A DNA stretch of 64,000 bases from Chlorokybus atmophyticus. Taxonomy: Eukaryota; Plantae; Mesostigma and Chlorokybus algae. How positions within the stretch are numbered: position 1 is the stretch's first letter; every line of letters begins with the position of its first letter. Position numbers and translations under genes: made by a program. The notes beneath the pieces were generated by a model. The model did not search any database. It had not been told where the DNA came from and saw nothing but the letters and a program-made list of their open reading frames with translations. Positions 26,301-40,700 of this stretch are shown here, piece by piece. The DNA lies in contig RHPI01002048.1 of NCBI GenBank assembly GCA_009103225.1, positions 361,702 to 425,701 on the forward strand, given 5' to 3'.

Positions 26301-27454
26301 AAAAACAAGTTCTGGGGACGTTCGATTGACGTGTATCCAGTGGGTGAGATCAAGGTCATATTTGATGATGGTGAAGAGATGGTTTGGAGCAAGGTGAGGC
26401 TTGACCAGTGAGCGTTGGTCCCCTAGGCACAGTTAACATAGGAACTGGCATTGCTTGTGTGGGCAATGCCGGTTTGTCGTCCCTTTGCTGCTTATGCACT
26501 TCAGTGCTTTGCTGATTCGCTCATATCAGGAGTCACATGCCATGTGCTGGCAGGTCACCACGTCAATTCACAATCTCATCATTGGGCGCTTGTATGTGGA
26601 TCATCGTGGGACGATGACTATTGTGAGCAGTAAGACGAAAAGCATAGCTCGGCTCAAGTTCAAAGAGCAAGGCATGATGGACAGAAACCCTCACCAGGTG
26701 GGCAATGCAAATGCAAGTATTATCTGCGCAGTAGTAGTGTAGTACCCAGCTGTACAAATGACGAAGATCAGAAGTTGCGATGCTCATGACAGGTGAAAGG
26801 CAACATTGTAGATGGGGCGGGCCACAAGGTGGCGTCCGTATATGGTAGATGGAGTGAAAACCTGATGTACAACATGGGTGACAAAGATGACCCCAAGCAT
26901 GGTACACTGCTGTGGGAGCGCAACCCTGACCCCCCAGATCCGACCCGTTATAACCTTACGGCGTTCGCCATCACCCTGAATGAACTGGATGATGACCTTA
27001 GGGTACTTTCCCTGACGCCTGGTTTTTGCAGTGAGGCAGCACAGTTTCTGCTACTAACATGCATCCCTTTTGCAGAAAGAAATTGCTCCCACGGATTCCC
27101 GTCTGCGCCCTGATCAACGGCTTCTGGAAGAGGGCCGGTATGATGAGGCCAATGCTGAAAAGCAGCGGCTGGAGAACAAACAAAGAAAGGTGAGCGCTGT
27201 AGTGATGGTCTTCATGACTGACTGGTGTCCTGGTGCATTGCCATGAATGTATTGCCATGCAGAGCGGGGCTGAGTTTCTTTGGCTGTCGCTTGCACAGGC
27301 CCGTGCTCAGGCGGATGCAGGTGAGGTTTGGAATCCGCGGTGGTTCAAGCGAACAAAAGAGGGTAATGGCAATCAGTTCGAATATGCTGGTGGCTATTGG
27401 GAAGCACGTACAGCCCACAAGTGGGACGGTATTCGAGATATTTTTGGAGAGTAG
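23350..27454 (+). CDS. ORP1: Oxysterol-binding protein-related protein, ORP1 type (PH domain + OSBP domain), multi-exon
   Basis: PH: [29 protein letters not shown]...[30 protein letters not shown]: [89 protein letters not shown]. The 5' exon (ATG 23350) is tentative; the PH exon starts at 24170. Confidence 0.93.
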
Positions 27455-29421
27455 TGCATATGATGAGTTCAATGCATCAGCATCTTCAATAGCTGGTACT
27501 TTAACTGGCATTGCCAACCTTCATATTCGCTTTGTGATGTGTTGCAGTTTGATGTATGTTTGTTGCGACCCCATGACAAATGTGGACTCTTGAGTATCAG
27601 GAGCAGCTCGAGCTAGACGGTCATCAAAGTCACATCTTTACATTAATGGAATTGCAATCGCGTGAGCATCCATGCAAATGAGTTGCAGCCCTTGCAACTG
27701 CATAACATTACAAGACAAAGGTAGCCCGTGCATGCGGAGAGACCCGCCTTGCATCTTTTGTACACTGCTAATTGAGTCAACTTGCGACAATGTTAAACAC
27801 ATGGGCTGGCCAAAGCCTCATGCATCCCATTTCTAGTACATCGACATGCATGTTGGTTGTTTGTACCCAGTGTGACATGCAGTGCTCAATACAATGTGCA
27901 CACGCACATTTCTTTCCTTGAATGCTCCGCCTTCATGGTCAAAGGCTTTGAATGTCAAAAACATGATGACATATCATCGTAACTAGCGTTGCAATAAGGG
28001 GAGGTATGCCCGGGCCGCACTCGTGTACCATGATTGACCAATCCAGTTCACTGGTGATCTTATTGACTTTAGTAAAGTAACTCTAAACCACTACTTGTCA
28101 TTACACAACCGCATTTATTATAACGTCGTGGCCTTCAACACATCGAGTTGATCTGATGAGATATCACCATTTTATTACACAAAATCCTTCAACCATTGCT
28201 ACATCACACATTGCCTATGTATGTTGCAATTCATGTTGTATGGCCTTAACTTGGAATCAACAACATCTAGTGATACTTGCAAGTATATATACTTGCATAT
28301 ATAGATATATGACTATGTTAATTTCAAGTAATGCAGGCTATCAATGCGGCAATCTTATGAATAATTTATCGTGACATAAATTGTGCACATGCATAAACAG
28401 CAATGCGTTGTGTAATGCATTCCATGCTCACCCCCTCCCCCCCCCCCCCTTTTCGGGTCTTTCGGATTCATGCATGCTTAGCTCTTACAAAATTAGCAAA
28501 AGCAAGGGCTACTTCAACTGTCATGCCATAAACAACCTTCATACATCTTCAACGCACCTTACGCGTACTCACTTTTGCACCGCCGCACCCCAAAATATGC
28601 ATACTATTCATGCGCTGATGGACCAAAATCAACTTATATGCCTTATTGGACATGCACATAAGATCATAAATGTCATAAGTGTCTAACGAGGCGGGGCAGG
28701 TACATGTGCAGTAGCTGCATGAGCAACAAGTGCTAGCCCTGTGATTGCACTTGCCAGTGTGATGCCATTGAATACAAGTCACATGATGTGGCTTGTATCA
28801 AATTTATGCGTTATTAACTCCTAAGTTGTTAACATGCCGTGCGGAATTGCTTGCAAATTGTGGCACGACGATTGCAGTTTCAAATCTCAGCAAGTTAATT
28901 GACAATTAAGAGAGCCATTTCTCATAGACATGAAACATATTACACTCATTTATTGAAAAGTTGAACGTCTGCGTGTTGCCAATTCTCGGCAGATTTTATA
29001 GTGCGTTTTCAATCTGCTATTATAGCTTACACGTGCTTAGAGCTCACATAAGATTCGTACCGAGCCTCGCAATTGCTTTTATGCATATGTCGTTTTATTT
29101 TTTGATGGTGCTGTTGATGTTATTGTACCGTCACCTGCCGTATTCCGTTGAGTACAACCCCCCTCAAAACCAAAGCCCGTCGCAAAATCATTGGGGTGTT
29201 GTATCAGAGGATCAAATGAGTAAAAAGGGGGTGTCAGATAAAGCCCCCCTTGTAAAAAAGAGTGGGGGGCTTATGCAAATGTCTGTAGGGCCTCTGATCG
29301 TTTATAAGCCCCGGCAATCCTCATCACCATTTCGCCCTATTAGTTACACTTAGCAGGCGCGAGTTACGCTATTAATCATCGTAATTCTTTCAAATACAAG
29401 CTCACTGGCCTATAAAAGCCC

Positions 29422-29422
<1 letters not shown>

Positions 29423-29459
<37 letters not shown>

Positions 29460-29473
29460 NCCCCCCCCCCCCC
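29423..29473. repeat. Poly-C run containing an N
   Basis: Directly visible; likely a gap-associated homopolymer. Confidence 0.55.
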
Positions 29474-31778
29474 TCTCAATTGGAAGCCCCCTTCATGAAA
29501 GTGGGTGCGGGACTCATGTGAAAAGGGGGGCTAATGTTAGGGTAAATGCGGTAGTCGACAGCACAAAATGAACTCAATAGCAAAATTGAAAAAGTAGAAC
29601 GACACATGCATACAAAACAACTGCAATCGTGAGGCTTATAACGAGCCTCAGGCGGGCTGTGAGCACGGGTTTGTGATAAGTTTTAGGCCAGAACCGCGCG
29701 ATAGTATCTGCCCAGAATAGCAGCTTCCTCTGTCACCTGCCCAGAATCGGCAGTACGCAGATGTTAAATAGCTCTGCTGATAACCGGACATCTGACAGCC
29801 AATGAGAACTTCGCCAGAAAGTTTCACAAGTTCCAACCAGCATGGCGTTGCCTTAAAGCATGCCGTGCACAGGAATTGGCAGAAGTCGAGCAGGCAAATA
29901 CTGGACCGATACGCGTGCCGGAAAAGCTGACAGTTGTCGGTCAAGCCACGCGGCAAATGATGGTGAGGCAAGCGTGCGCTTGATTGAGCTAAGCGAGGGG
30001 CTCGTCGAGGCCGCGAGAGAAAAAGATGCGAGGCACACCAGCAGTTGCGGCACACAGGACGCGGCCGTCAATTTGCAGCCAGGCCTTTTGTGATTGGGCT
30101 TTTGGCAGAGCGACTTGCAACTTGGATGCCTAGCGGTAGATCTTCCGCGATTCACAGTGTGGAGGATTTTTCCCGAGTTGCTTGTAGTGACACACTGTTA
30201 CACGCGCTTTGTAAACGAACCGGCGGTCTGCAATAACCCAATGCAAGCTGCCACCGTTTGGTGACATAGAGCCCCCCCCGCCCCGTTATTGAGCGTTGTT
30301 CTGATAGGATTAAACGTCAATCGTGTGGTGTTAGTACCAGTACGGCAAGCGACCCACGCCACGTTGACTTGGGCGTTGGCCGAAATGCCCCTCTGCGGCC
30401 TTCGCTCGGTGTCAGTAGCGTGCGTACCGGCTGGCGTGGACCGCGCAACGCGCAATCTATTGCAGGAAGCAGAGGGCCTGGAACCTCGATGATTAGCTCT
30501 GCCCTCAGGCTTTTAACAGTAAAGCGGACTGTCGGCCGTTATGACGATAAGGGAATTGGCAGCGTTGGGGGACCACACAATCTAGGGCCACCCAATCAGT
30601 GAGGCACGTTCGCATGGTTGACGCCGGACAATCCGCCCGGCTTCTTGGCAGTCTACCGGCTGGGGCGTTTCTCTGCCACAATTCAGCCCCTGGAATTGAG
30701 AACGTGACGCCTGTGTGTGACCGATAACTGCCGGTCGTTCAGCAGCCGAAGCCTGCAATGGCACGCACTGAAGTGTGGCGGTCCGAGGCGGTGGTGCGCC
30801 CCTCGCTGCACTGCACGCCAAGAAAGAAGTACGATTCAAGCAAATCTTTTCGACGGCACAGGGCAGTCCCTGGCCGCACGTAACCGCCCGCCCCGCCTGC
30901 AACTCGCAGGCGTGCCTCCCAATCGCTTTTTCGAGTAGAACCATCCGCCGCCGCTTTCGCCCGCTGGCCGCTAATAACCCCGCGCCGCATCATCATCACT
31001 GTGGGCAAAGCCCTCTCCCTTTCTGTCAATGGAACCAATGACGGACGGACGGACCTTTTTACCCGCAAACCGTTTTCCGCGGTCCGGTCTTCCTTCCTCT
31101 GCTGCTGTCTTTTGTCAGCGGGCCTCTCTCGCTTCGCTCCTGCTCTTGTGGGGCGAATCGATCCCCGCGACCTATTGCCCGCCGCCCCTCCGCGTAATCC
31201 CGCAGCCTTTACACGCCGCGCTTTCCACGCCCGGGTGCCCCTCCCTTCCGCCCGCCATAGCTCAGCCTCAAAGCTTTCGCCGCGAGGGGGGCTTTGTGGG
31301 CTTGCCTGCGAGCTCTCCCAGCCTCAAGCTTTGCGGCCGGCAGCAGAGCTCTCACATTCTCACTCTCTCTCTCTTTCTCTCTCGCAACAAGCGGCAAAGA
31401 GGAGGCGTAAGGCTAGGAATCGACGGCGGCGGCGGGGGCGGCGGTCTGGGCTTGAGCGAGGGTTGGGGCAGGGGCGTGGGTGTGGGTGTGGGCGTGCGCG
31501 TCGGTGTTAGCCGTACGGAAGTGACCGGGGGTGACGGGGGACGAGAGCGGGCGACTCTGGTGATGGAGGTGTGCGTGGGCTGGGGGAGGAGTGCTAGGGC
31601 GGTGGTGACGGCTGCGGACCAGGCGCCGGCGTAGTTGAGCTCCGTGTTGTTTGAGACCAGGGGGGAGGGGGAGCTACTTGTGTGTGTCATGGGATAGGAA
31701 GCAGCGGTCCCGGCGTTATCGCTGAGCTTGTTGGGGGTGTCGTTAGCGCTGGCGTTTTGGTCATTGCTGGGTGGGTGT

Positions 31779-34495
31779 ATGGAGGAGGAGGCAGAGCAGC
31801 TCGCCGGTGGTAGCGGCGAGGGCATCAAGCTTTTTGGTAGGGTGATTCCGGTGAGACACTCCAGCTCCAAGGCCGAGGGCGGCCAGGAGCTGTCCACCGA
31901 GGGAGTTGCGGATGCCGCAGCAGCTGCAGAGGCACACGAGGTGGCGCAGCTGCAACAGGAACAGGAGGAGGATGAGAGGCAAGCTGGAGTCTCCCAGGAG
32001 GACGACAGTGCTGCTGGACCCCGCCCCAATCCACAGCTGGAGGGGCAACAACAGCAACAAGGGTTCCAGCCCCCTCCGCAGCCCTCTTCAAGCCCTGCTT
32101 GCGGCTTGGTACGTGTATGTGCCCAGAAGGCCCCGTTGCTGCTGAACGTTGAGTGAGTTTGTTCAAGCGGTGCACACATTCACGCGCTCGCGCCTCTGAA
32201 GTTGCCGTCGCTGGTGCAAACCGTCACCTTGCGTACTTGTTTGCTAGCTGTGAGCAGTACTACACGGATAGGCATACACGTGCGACTACTCGCTTCTGGC
32301 TGCTTCTGCTTTGCTGGTAGCGTGTTGCTGAAACTTGAGCTCGGATCAGTAGCCCGTTTAGCACAAGCTTGGTTGGTTGTGCAGCCAAATGGTAGTGATG
32401 CTGCAGTACCGCTGGTTGTCAGTGTTGTACTGTTGAATAATTATATGCGTATGTCTGCGGTGTAGGCAGGAACACCCCCTCACAGCATCAACAGCAGGCC
32501 CTAACGCTTTGTGTTGATTTGCAGGATGCTATTGTGGCCGTTGCATTGACAAACGGCGACAGCAAGGCCGAGGAGAAGAGACGGGCCGCGGATGAGTTTG
32601 GCAGCTCTTCCGGTAGCAACTCCAGTTCTGAAGATCAGCCGCAGAATGATCAGGCGAATGGGTCGGGTGGGAGCAATAAGTCGGCAACCGGGTCAGATTC
32701 GAAGTCGGGTTCGGGCTCAGGTTCGGGCTCAGGCTCAGGCTCGGGCGCGGGTTCCAACACAGGCAAGAACAAGCCCTCTGCTCAAGATGGTAATGTGGAA
32801 AAGGCTCCGGCTGTCACACCCACAGCAGCTGCTTCCACGGGTGTAACAGGAGGAACAGCCAAGACAGGCTACTCGGAGAGCACCAAAGACCGCTTTCATG
32901 AGTCCACGAAAGACTCCGTTGCTGCGGACAAGGCGAAGCGTGCGGAGGCGGTTGTGCCGTGCCCGCGGTGCGACAGCCTGGACACCAAGTTTTGCTATTA
33001 CAATAACTACAACCTCAGTCAGCCTCGACACTTCTGCAAGAGGTGTCAGCGCTACTGGACAGCTGGCGGCACTCTGCGCAACGTTCCCGTGGGCGCTGGT
33101 AGGCGCAAGAACAAGCACGGCGGCGCACGCAACGAGCCCGGCACAGCTCAAGCCCAGCCTGGACAGCTGCAGTTTGCTGACAATGGTGGAGCTGCTGCTG
33201 CTTGCGCCAATCCTGATGCAAGCAAGGTGTATACTGGCAACCACGCTGATGTCGTGCGCACAGTTGCCAATGCCACGGCCAACTCGCAGGACACCTATGC
33301 GCCCATGGCCATGCGGCCGGACACGTGGGGGCAGTATGCGGTGCCCATGCAGCCCGCGCAGCCGCTGAGCCCGCACGCACGTGCTGCCGGCAGCTGCGCT
33401 TCTCTGGACGGTGCCACACTTACGCAGTGCAATGACGACAGCGTCAACATTGACGGCGTGCGACGGAAAGCGAGAACTCGCAAACGCGGGCGCTCCACTC
33501 TGGGCGAAGACAGCGTGGCGGCGCCTCTCACGCCTCAGCACGGGATGCACCAACAGCAGCAAGGAGCAGCAGAGCAACACCAACAGCAGCAGCAGCAGCA
33601 GCAGCTTCTGCTTCAGCAGCAACACCAAAGGCAGCAGCACGCCATGCAGCAGTTGGGCGTATCCTCAGCGCCGATGCAGTACGAGATGGAGGTGAAGCGG
33701 CAAGTGCGGTTAGCGACGCCCTCATCAACGTCGGATACATCCAGACTCACAAATGGCACGCAGGCAAATTGGCCGCAGCAGGCATTGCCAGCACCTCAGA
33801 GTATGCACGCCTTCGACACAGGGCAGGTGGACATGCAGGCAGGAGCGTCGAGTCAAGCTCAGCTCATGGCCGCATCTGACCCTGCATCATGGCCGAGGCC
33901 TCAGGCAAGCTGGAACCCCAACCAGATGCATCAGCCACCGTCGTGGTATGGCGCCTATGGCTACAGCCGCTACCCTGCTGCGGCGTACGGGCCGTACGGG
34001 GCAGCACCGCCGCCCAACGTGCAGTCGTCGCCGTGGGGCTCGGCACCTGGCCCCATGTGGAACTCAAACCCGTCGTGGAGCCAAGCACCGCCCATGCACT
34101 GGAGCCATAGTCATCCCAGCGCGTGGATGGGCCCAATGGCAGCTGGCAACTGGAGCGGCGCCTCGGGCAGCCCTTGGGCTAACGGGTCATCCTACTCAAA
34201 GCATCCGAGGGACTTGGCCGCCGCTGTTGCTGCTCAGGAGTCGGGTATGTGGAGTGCGGCGGGAGCAGCGCCATCGAAGCATCCCAGAGCGATGGATGCG
34301 CAGGATGCTGCAGCTGCGGTGGGCGGGATGGGAGGATATCCATCCGCACAACAGATGCAGGCGGCTGCGGGCTCAAACGGCATGATGGACCTGTTATGGG
34401 CTCCCGATCAACCAACAAGGCAGGACGCTGCGGTGTGGCGGACCATGGCTGGCATGCACTATCCGCGAGGGTCATTGCCTGAAACACCACCTTGA
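31779..34495 (+). CDS. Dof zinc-finger transcription factor, CYCLING DOF FACTOR (CDF)-like; 2 exons
   Basis: Canonical Dof domain [52 protein letters not shown]. Exon 1 has the N-terminal IKLFGRVIP motif. A single phase-0 intron (32109-32524) lies upstream of the Dof domain. C-terminal KHPRD and LWAP...AAVWRTM motifs. Confidence 0.93.
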
Positions 34496-35313
34496 AGAAC
34501 CCTCACGAGCCCCCGCACACACCCGACACCCTTTGCACCCATCCACTATTTTGCGTGTTGATGCCTTGCACCCGAGCAGCTGCCTGTCTCCTGGTTCTGC
34601 TTCACCGTGTACAATACAATTTTGTGCACTTATTTCCGGCTCTGCCGAAGTTCTCCTCTGCCCACCCCGCCATTTGTATCGAGATGTAAATGACACCCCA
34701 TTCCCCTGCTCCCCTTGCTAGTGTTTGTCTTTATATTAGATCAGATTGGCTCAGCTACTAGCGAGTTTGTGTGATGATTATTAGACAGTGTATGTGCTAT
34801 AAGCCTGGCAATGAAATAATTGCTGTTACCTGCAAGCTTTTGATGGTTTGTTGTCAGTTGACCATTGGCGCTTGTGAATCGACGTGTTCTTCAATGTCTT
34901 CGTGTCCAACCTCGATTGTACAAATATCTGATCCCTTGCAAGCAGGCGTTTGTGATACGAAGAAGTCTGCATGAAGTCTGCATGGAGTCGCAGTAATTTG
35001 GCATCACTCCAACCACAATTGTTGGTAGTGGCGGCACTTGTCATTGGCATCTGTAGCTGTACATACGAATTAGTGGACTGTTGCGTATTGCAGCACAATG
35101 TACATGCCTGAACATGCTTGTGACATGAGGTTAGCCAGAAGTGCAGGGAAAGTTCATTTTTTTGGAGAAAGTCATAATACCTGTTCGCAACATGCCATTA
35201 CGAGCTGCATTGAAACAAATTTGGAGGCCGTTCAGGACTACATAGACAAGCATCTGGGCACATTACACGATGCTACTGACTACCTACCCTAGAATCAAGC
35301 TGCAGGGAGACCA

Positions 35314-37194
35314 CTAGGTCTTGGCATAATCGCGCGCGCCAAAGATTGTTGATCCTACCCTCACGTTAGTGCTTCCCATCTCAATCTGCACACAAGTACA
35401 CAGAAGTACAAAGTGAGAGCTGCAGCAAACGAGACATCATGTTTGAACGCATGCAGTCAAAGGCTGTGCGATATCTGCTGGAACAGTTGTATATGCTGGC
35501 CGCCTAGTGCACAGACAGAGTTGTATACAGATTTGCAGCTTTCATCGCTTACCGCTTGCTCGTAATCCCCAGACATGCCCATGCTGAGTTCGCAGGCTTC
35601 AATGGGTATCCCAAGTGCAGTGCACACCTGTTCTCTACAGCGAGCTAGAGTCTGCTGGATAATCAGTGTCAAGAGCACCGCTAGATCTGAACTGGATTAC
35701 TATGCATTGCAAGTGAGCTGGTGCGAAAAAACCCGCCTGGAAGTTCTCTGGTCGAGAGGAATAGTCTGGCATGCCAATGGTCATGAGACCTGCAAAACGC
35801 AACCGATCGCACTCCTTCACCATATGTTGCACCAGCTCTACACAACCGGCGGGCTCTACGCCGTACTTGGCTGCATCACAAGACAAGCTCAGGATGATCA
35901 GTCTCATTGCTGAGATACGAACAGACAAACGCCGCACAAAGATGATCACTCACTCTCTTCGCCGCTAGTATTGACTTGCACCATGACATCGAGGCACGGC
36001 CGCCCTGCTGCCGTGCATGCAGAGTTCAAACTGTTTGCAATCTGCTTGCAAGGAAAGCAAGGAGAAGGCAACTCAGATGCTTTTACCAACGGTTCCGTCA
36101 ACTCTAACAAGGGACATGTGTGTACCTTCATGCGGTCGACGGTCTCCACCATTGCCAGATTGGGAACAGATGCTGTGTGTGGCAAAACTCGTGAGGGCTA
36201 CGATCATCCGACTGAGAAAACTATCAACCGTGTAATGCACATGAAACATACAGCGACAAATCGGGCACGCTTACTTAATAGCTGTTTGGCTTTATTGGAT
36301 TGCAAGTGCCCAATGAAGTGCCATCGCACATCTCGCGGCATCTGCAAGTTGGAATGGCAGGTAGTCTTTTAGACTAGCACAGAACGACAAAATGTCGCTG
36401 TGCTCCACCCAACAATATGCTGTCGTTGGGCTACACCCAACATAGCCAAGACATGAGCCACGCGTTGCATATTGCGCAAGGCGCTAGCGCTGCTGGCTCC
36501 AGTGCGCTACTTGCAGTTCCCTGTGCGAATGCAAGTTGCATCAGTGTGTGTTGGCTGTGTTCACCTGAGGCGCCTTCTCCATGAGCTCTTGGACGTAGTT
36601 CTCGCCAAACACGCGGTGTCCCGCATCGTACGCTTCTCGCACAACAGCCACAGGCTTTGTCTTTGACACTGCCACCACTCTGGGCTGCAAAGCATGCGCA
36701 ACACAGCTGAAGTAAGCACGCACGGCGCAGTTCCCAATGGAGAAGCACACGTAACTTGCCAAAACGACTGACGGACCGCTTCAGACAGGGTTTGCTAATG
36801 CCGATTGATAGCCGTGTGCAGACTGTGCCGTGGCATGGAGCATGAGTTCAAAGCGTTGAGCTTGGCGAATTGGCTGGGTTAATGTGCAACAACGCCTGCT
36901 GTAACATGCCGCGGCACATGACAATGCTCATACAACGTTGACGGTTCCAGCTGTGGGCTATCACGAGAGCAGACATACATTGAATATCTGAACAGTATTA
37001 TGCCACTTGAAGCAATGCTGTGTCTGGCACATAGCCGCTTGACTGTTCTGCCAACAAGTGTCAAGAGTTGCAAAAACAGCATTCACCGTAGGTCTCCCTC
37101 CCGCGCGCTGCGCCGCCGAAGCAGCTCGCGCCAAGACATCCGCCAACGCCTTCGCCACGGCGGACTCCGCCGCCGCCGCCGCCGCCGCCGCCAT
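35314..37194 (-). CDS. PLPBP: Pyridoxal phosphate homeostasis protein (YggS/PROSC family), multi-exon
   Basis: VVAVSKTKP (PLP lysine), [75 protein letters not shown]. Confidence 0.95.
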
Positions 37195-37727
37195 GCACAC
37201 GTTTGCTACCAATCACTAACCCAAGTCCCAATGCAAACGGCAACTAGACGGCGAACACGGTACCCATCAAACCGCGAACGGTGCGTGCGTCGTGATTCAC
37301 GACTCGTGAACCGCGAAACAGCCGCGGTGTTACCCAATGTCAGTTATGTTTACGCCTGGGTTGAACCAGGCGAGACGTTGGGAGCGATTTGGCCCGCTTC
37401 GTGGTTAGCAAGACGCGCTGCCAGCTGGCAGCTGGCGACGTGACGCGGACTGGCCAGGGAGGCGGCGACGGCGGCGGCCGAGTGTTGCCGAGGGGAGGTG
37501 TGTCGTGCTCCCCGGTCGCAATGCCGCCTGGTAGCAGGATGTTTTCAGGGGAAGTGTGAGGTTTGGTGGACAGATTGTTGAGTGCTGCAGCTGCCGTAGA
37601 CAGCAGCGGCGTGGGCAGACAGCTGTCTCAGTTTATGCGGCTGCTTGGCTTGACACCTATCTGGCATGCAAGCCAGTCGTGGTTGACCATTTGAATCACA
37701 GTAGCAGCTGAGACAAAGGCCGTCAGC

Positions 37728-40700
37728 ATGTCCGGCAGCTTCGTGACAAATCCTTGTACGGGAAGTAACGCCTCCTGCGCCTGCGCTCTGCCTGTTGTCG
37801 CCAGCAGCGTTAATGGCAGCTTCTTCCCGGCGTTCTGCGAGCCAGGCACTTACACCAACTATTCGAATGGCGGGCTCTGCTGCCCACTCCCGCAGGTTGG
37901 GCCCCCCTGTGCATGCATGTCGATGTGAACAGTGCATGCCATTGCATGTGGCATGCGCCAACCATACTGCAAGTGGTGACATCGCCAGTCAGGATCTTGG
38001 CTCGCATATGGCAGCTGCAAATGTTACCGCTTAGTTGAGACAGTCAGGCGACATTTGAACTATGGTGCAATCTGCTGCCATTGCAGAAGTCATGTTATCG
38101 GCAGGATGTTGCCAAAGCAGATTAAGGTGTCAGGCCTTACTGCACTGAGTACTGTAGTGTGCGCAAAAGCAATGCACTCGCAAGTAGCTGCTACGAACCA
38201 CGCTGTGTGCTGCGCTGATGTTACAGGTCGATTTGTAACAATTGTGCGCTACAGTGTGATGCGAATACCACTCCGTATGATACGCAATGAAGCGATTTTG
38301 TTACTATCTATCATAGGAAAAGGCATTTGTCCATGCCAGCGCACACAATAAAATGTGTTGCGCTGCTGCACATCGCTTCCTAACTTGTTCTGTAGGTCAT
38401 GTGTGTGTGTACGCGGTCATAGGTTGGGACGAATGCTAGTGTTGCTGTGACAAAGAGGGTGACCGGACATGTCTTGATGCATGTGTTGGAGTGTACAGAC
38501 GCACCTCTTGACATTTGGTGCACTGTACTTGCAGTTGGCATACACAACAGCAGGCGGACACTACGAGTATCATCTTGACGTGCTTAATCCACAGCCACCA
38601 CCATTGAATAGCAACATCGCCAGCTCAATCCAGGTAATGCCCAGCAAGTCCCGAGCTTCGCACTCCGTTGTGGCCTCCTTTTGTGCTAGTCGCTGTTTGC
38701 TGTTATGGTGCACAGTGACGGATGGACCTGATCTAACTCGATGAGTGCATTTGGCAGAATGCAGCTTTTTTAGTAACTGTGTTGCTGATTATCATATGGA
38801 TGATTGGGTGTTGTTCCCTGAGATTCACTCCATTGGAAGGGCGTTGGTTCCGGATCAGGTTTGCCAAGGCAGCTCTCATTGTCTGTTCAAGCCATAGAGA
38901 CCTCCATTGCATACACACGTGCGCATAGTTCCCCCCCCCTGAATGTATGCATTTCACAGGTACATGCTTTCACGCTTGGATCGCCGTTTCTCAAAGCGGC
39001 ATTGGATTGATGAGCAACGCGTGCAGGTAAACCGTGCGTCTGATCAGGAGGCCATATGCATCGGCTGCCATGCATGCTTCTGACGAGGTGCTGCTGAACA
39101 ACTTGGTTAGGTCAAGCGGAGAACTGAGCTTGGCGGAACCTACTCCATGGCTTCGTACATATTCATTGTTGGCATTATTGGAGGCCTCGTTTTGGACCAG
39201 ATTGTACAAACCAAGATTGTCACTGACCAGATCGAAGCTGCAGACCGAGATACGTTACAACAGTTTGTTGTAGATTATTCCCTTAACATAACAGTCTATG
39301 GAGATATTATCCCGGAACAAGTGCAGCTGCTGGCCACCTTTGGAGATGGCCGAAATGACACAGCCGAGTTCTTGAGCGCTGGCGTTCAATTCAGTGAGTA
39401 GTACTGACAGCCAACCAATGGTGAAGTTGAGGTAAGGCAAGGTACATACTAACAGCTCCTCACTGGCAGGCAGCGGTTTGTACAGTGGGCTGCTTGCGCT
39501 GAACTTCTCGTGCATAGGCTGCACCATTTTCTCTGATGTAAGCTACCTGTCCAGACGCGCTTCAGTTGAGGCATCAATGCTTTTAACAGTCTTGCATGCA
39601 TGAGCTGACGCTGCTGGTGTGCAGTTGATTTTATTGGAGTACAACTTTACGGATGCTGCAGGGCGGCCCCCTGCTATGGTTGCAGGATACGATTACTCAT
39701 ATTGCACATCATCCACAACCTCTTCAAAGCAGACGTCTTGCTCAAGAGGCACGGTGTGTGGTTAGCTGATGGAAGCATGTACCTTGACTTTGTTTTACCT
39801 GCATTTGCAAGTGGTGCTATTTAGACCTGTGCTCTGGTCCAGTCATCTTCATGTGATGATGTTGCAGATTCTTGCATCCTCAAATGGCACAAACCCGTCA
39901 AACTCGTCGCAGCTGCTGACCACTCTGAGTTCGTTCAGAGGTTTAGAACCCACGACCATGAATCTCCGACAGGTGTGGCAAGTGTCACTAGCCGTCATTG
40001 CTGCTAGTTGGCCGTTTGTTGCTACCTCAGTCCTCACAAGCATGGCTCCCACTATGTGCAGGTCCCAGTCAAGTACAAGCTGGTTGGAGGCGAAGCAAAG
40101 CTCTTTCAAGTGCGCTACTCCACAACTGATTACGGGAATACTGTGGAGACGGTGCGTGCTGCATGCTGCTGTGATTGATTATCTTCACAATGCACCACAC
40201 TGTGCAACAATGGCATGTGCCAGAAAAAACCGGGCGTTGTAATTGTCTGTTGCGTGCTTCTATGCACAACTGAATTGTCCGTCAACGTTATGGTCATGTG
40301 GTCCTTGTGTCACATGTTTGCATGACAACGCTGAAGCCATGCAGCACTGACTCATTGCATGTTTCATTGCAGCCGGCAGAGGTTCTAAGTGCAAGTGGTG
40401 TCTCACGCTTGATTGTCAACATTTTACCCTCTACAGACTGGGTGTTGACGCGGAAGATTGTCTCCAAGTTTGGTAAGCGCGTTGAATTCAGCCCCCCCCA
40501 CTGGCAATGAAATAATTGCTGTNNNNNNNNNNNNNNNNNNNNNNNNNNNNNNNNNNNNNNNNNNNNNNNNNNNNNNNNNNNNNNNNNNNNNNNNNNNNNN
40601 NNNNNNNNNNNNNCCCCCCCCCCCCCCCCCCCCCCCCCCTCTTCAGAAGTCACATTATGTGCAAAAACAGCAAAAACAAGTTGCATCTTGTCTATGGCAT

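Noticed and set aside
29640-30600. GC-rich ORF fragments after the poly-C run
   Set aside because: No transposase or other motif was recognisable; possibly an old TE remnant, but this is unsupported.
31352-34490. Long minus-strand and alternative-frame ORFs over the Dof gene (similar shadow ORFs elsewhere)
   Set aside because: These are expected shadows of GC-rich, low-complexity coding sequence and contain no recognisable motifs.
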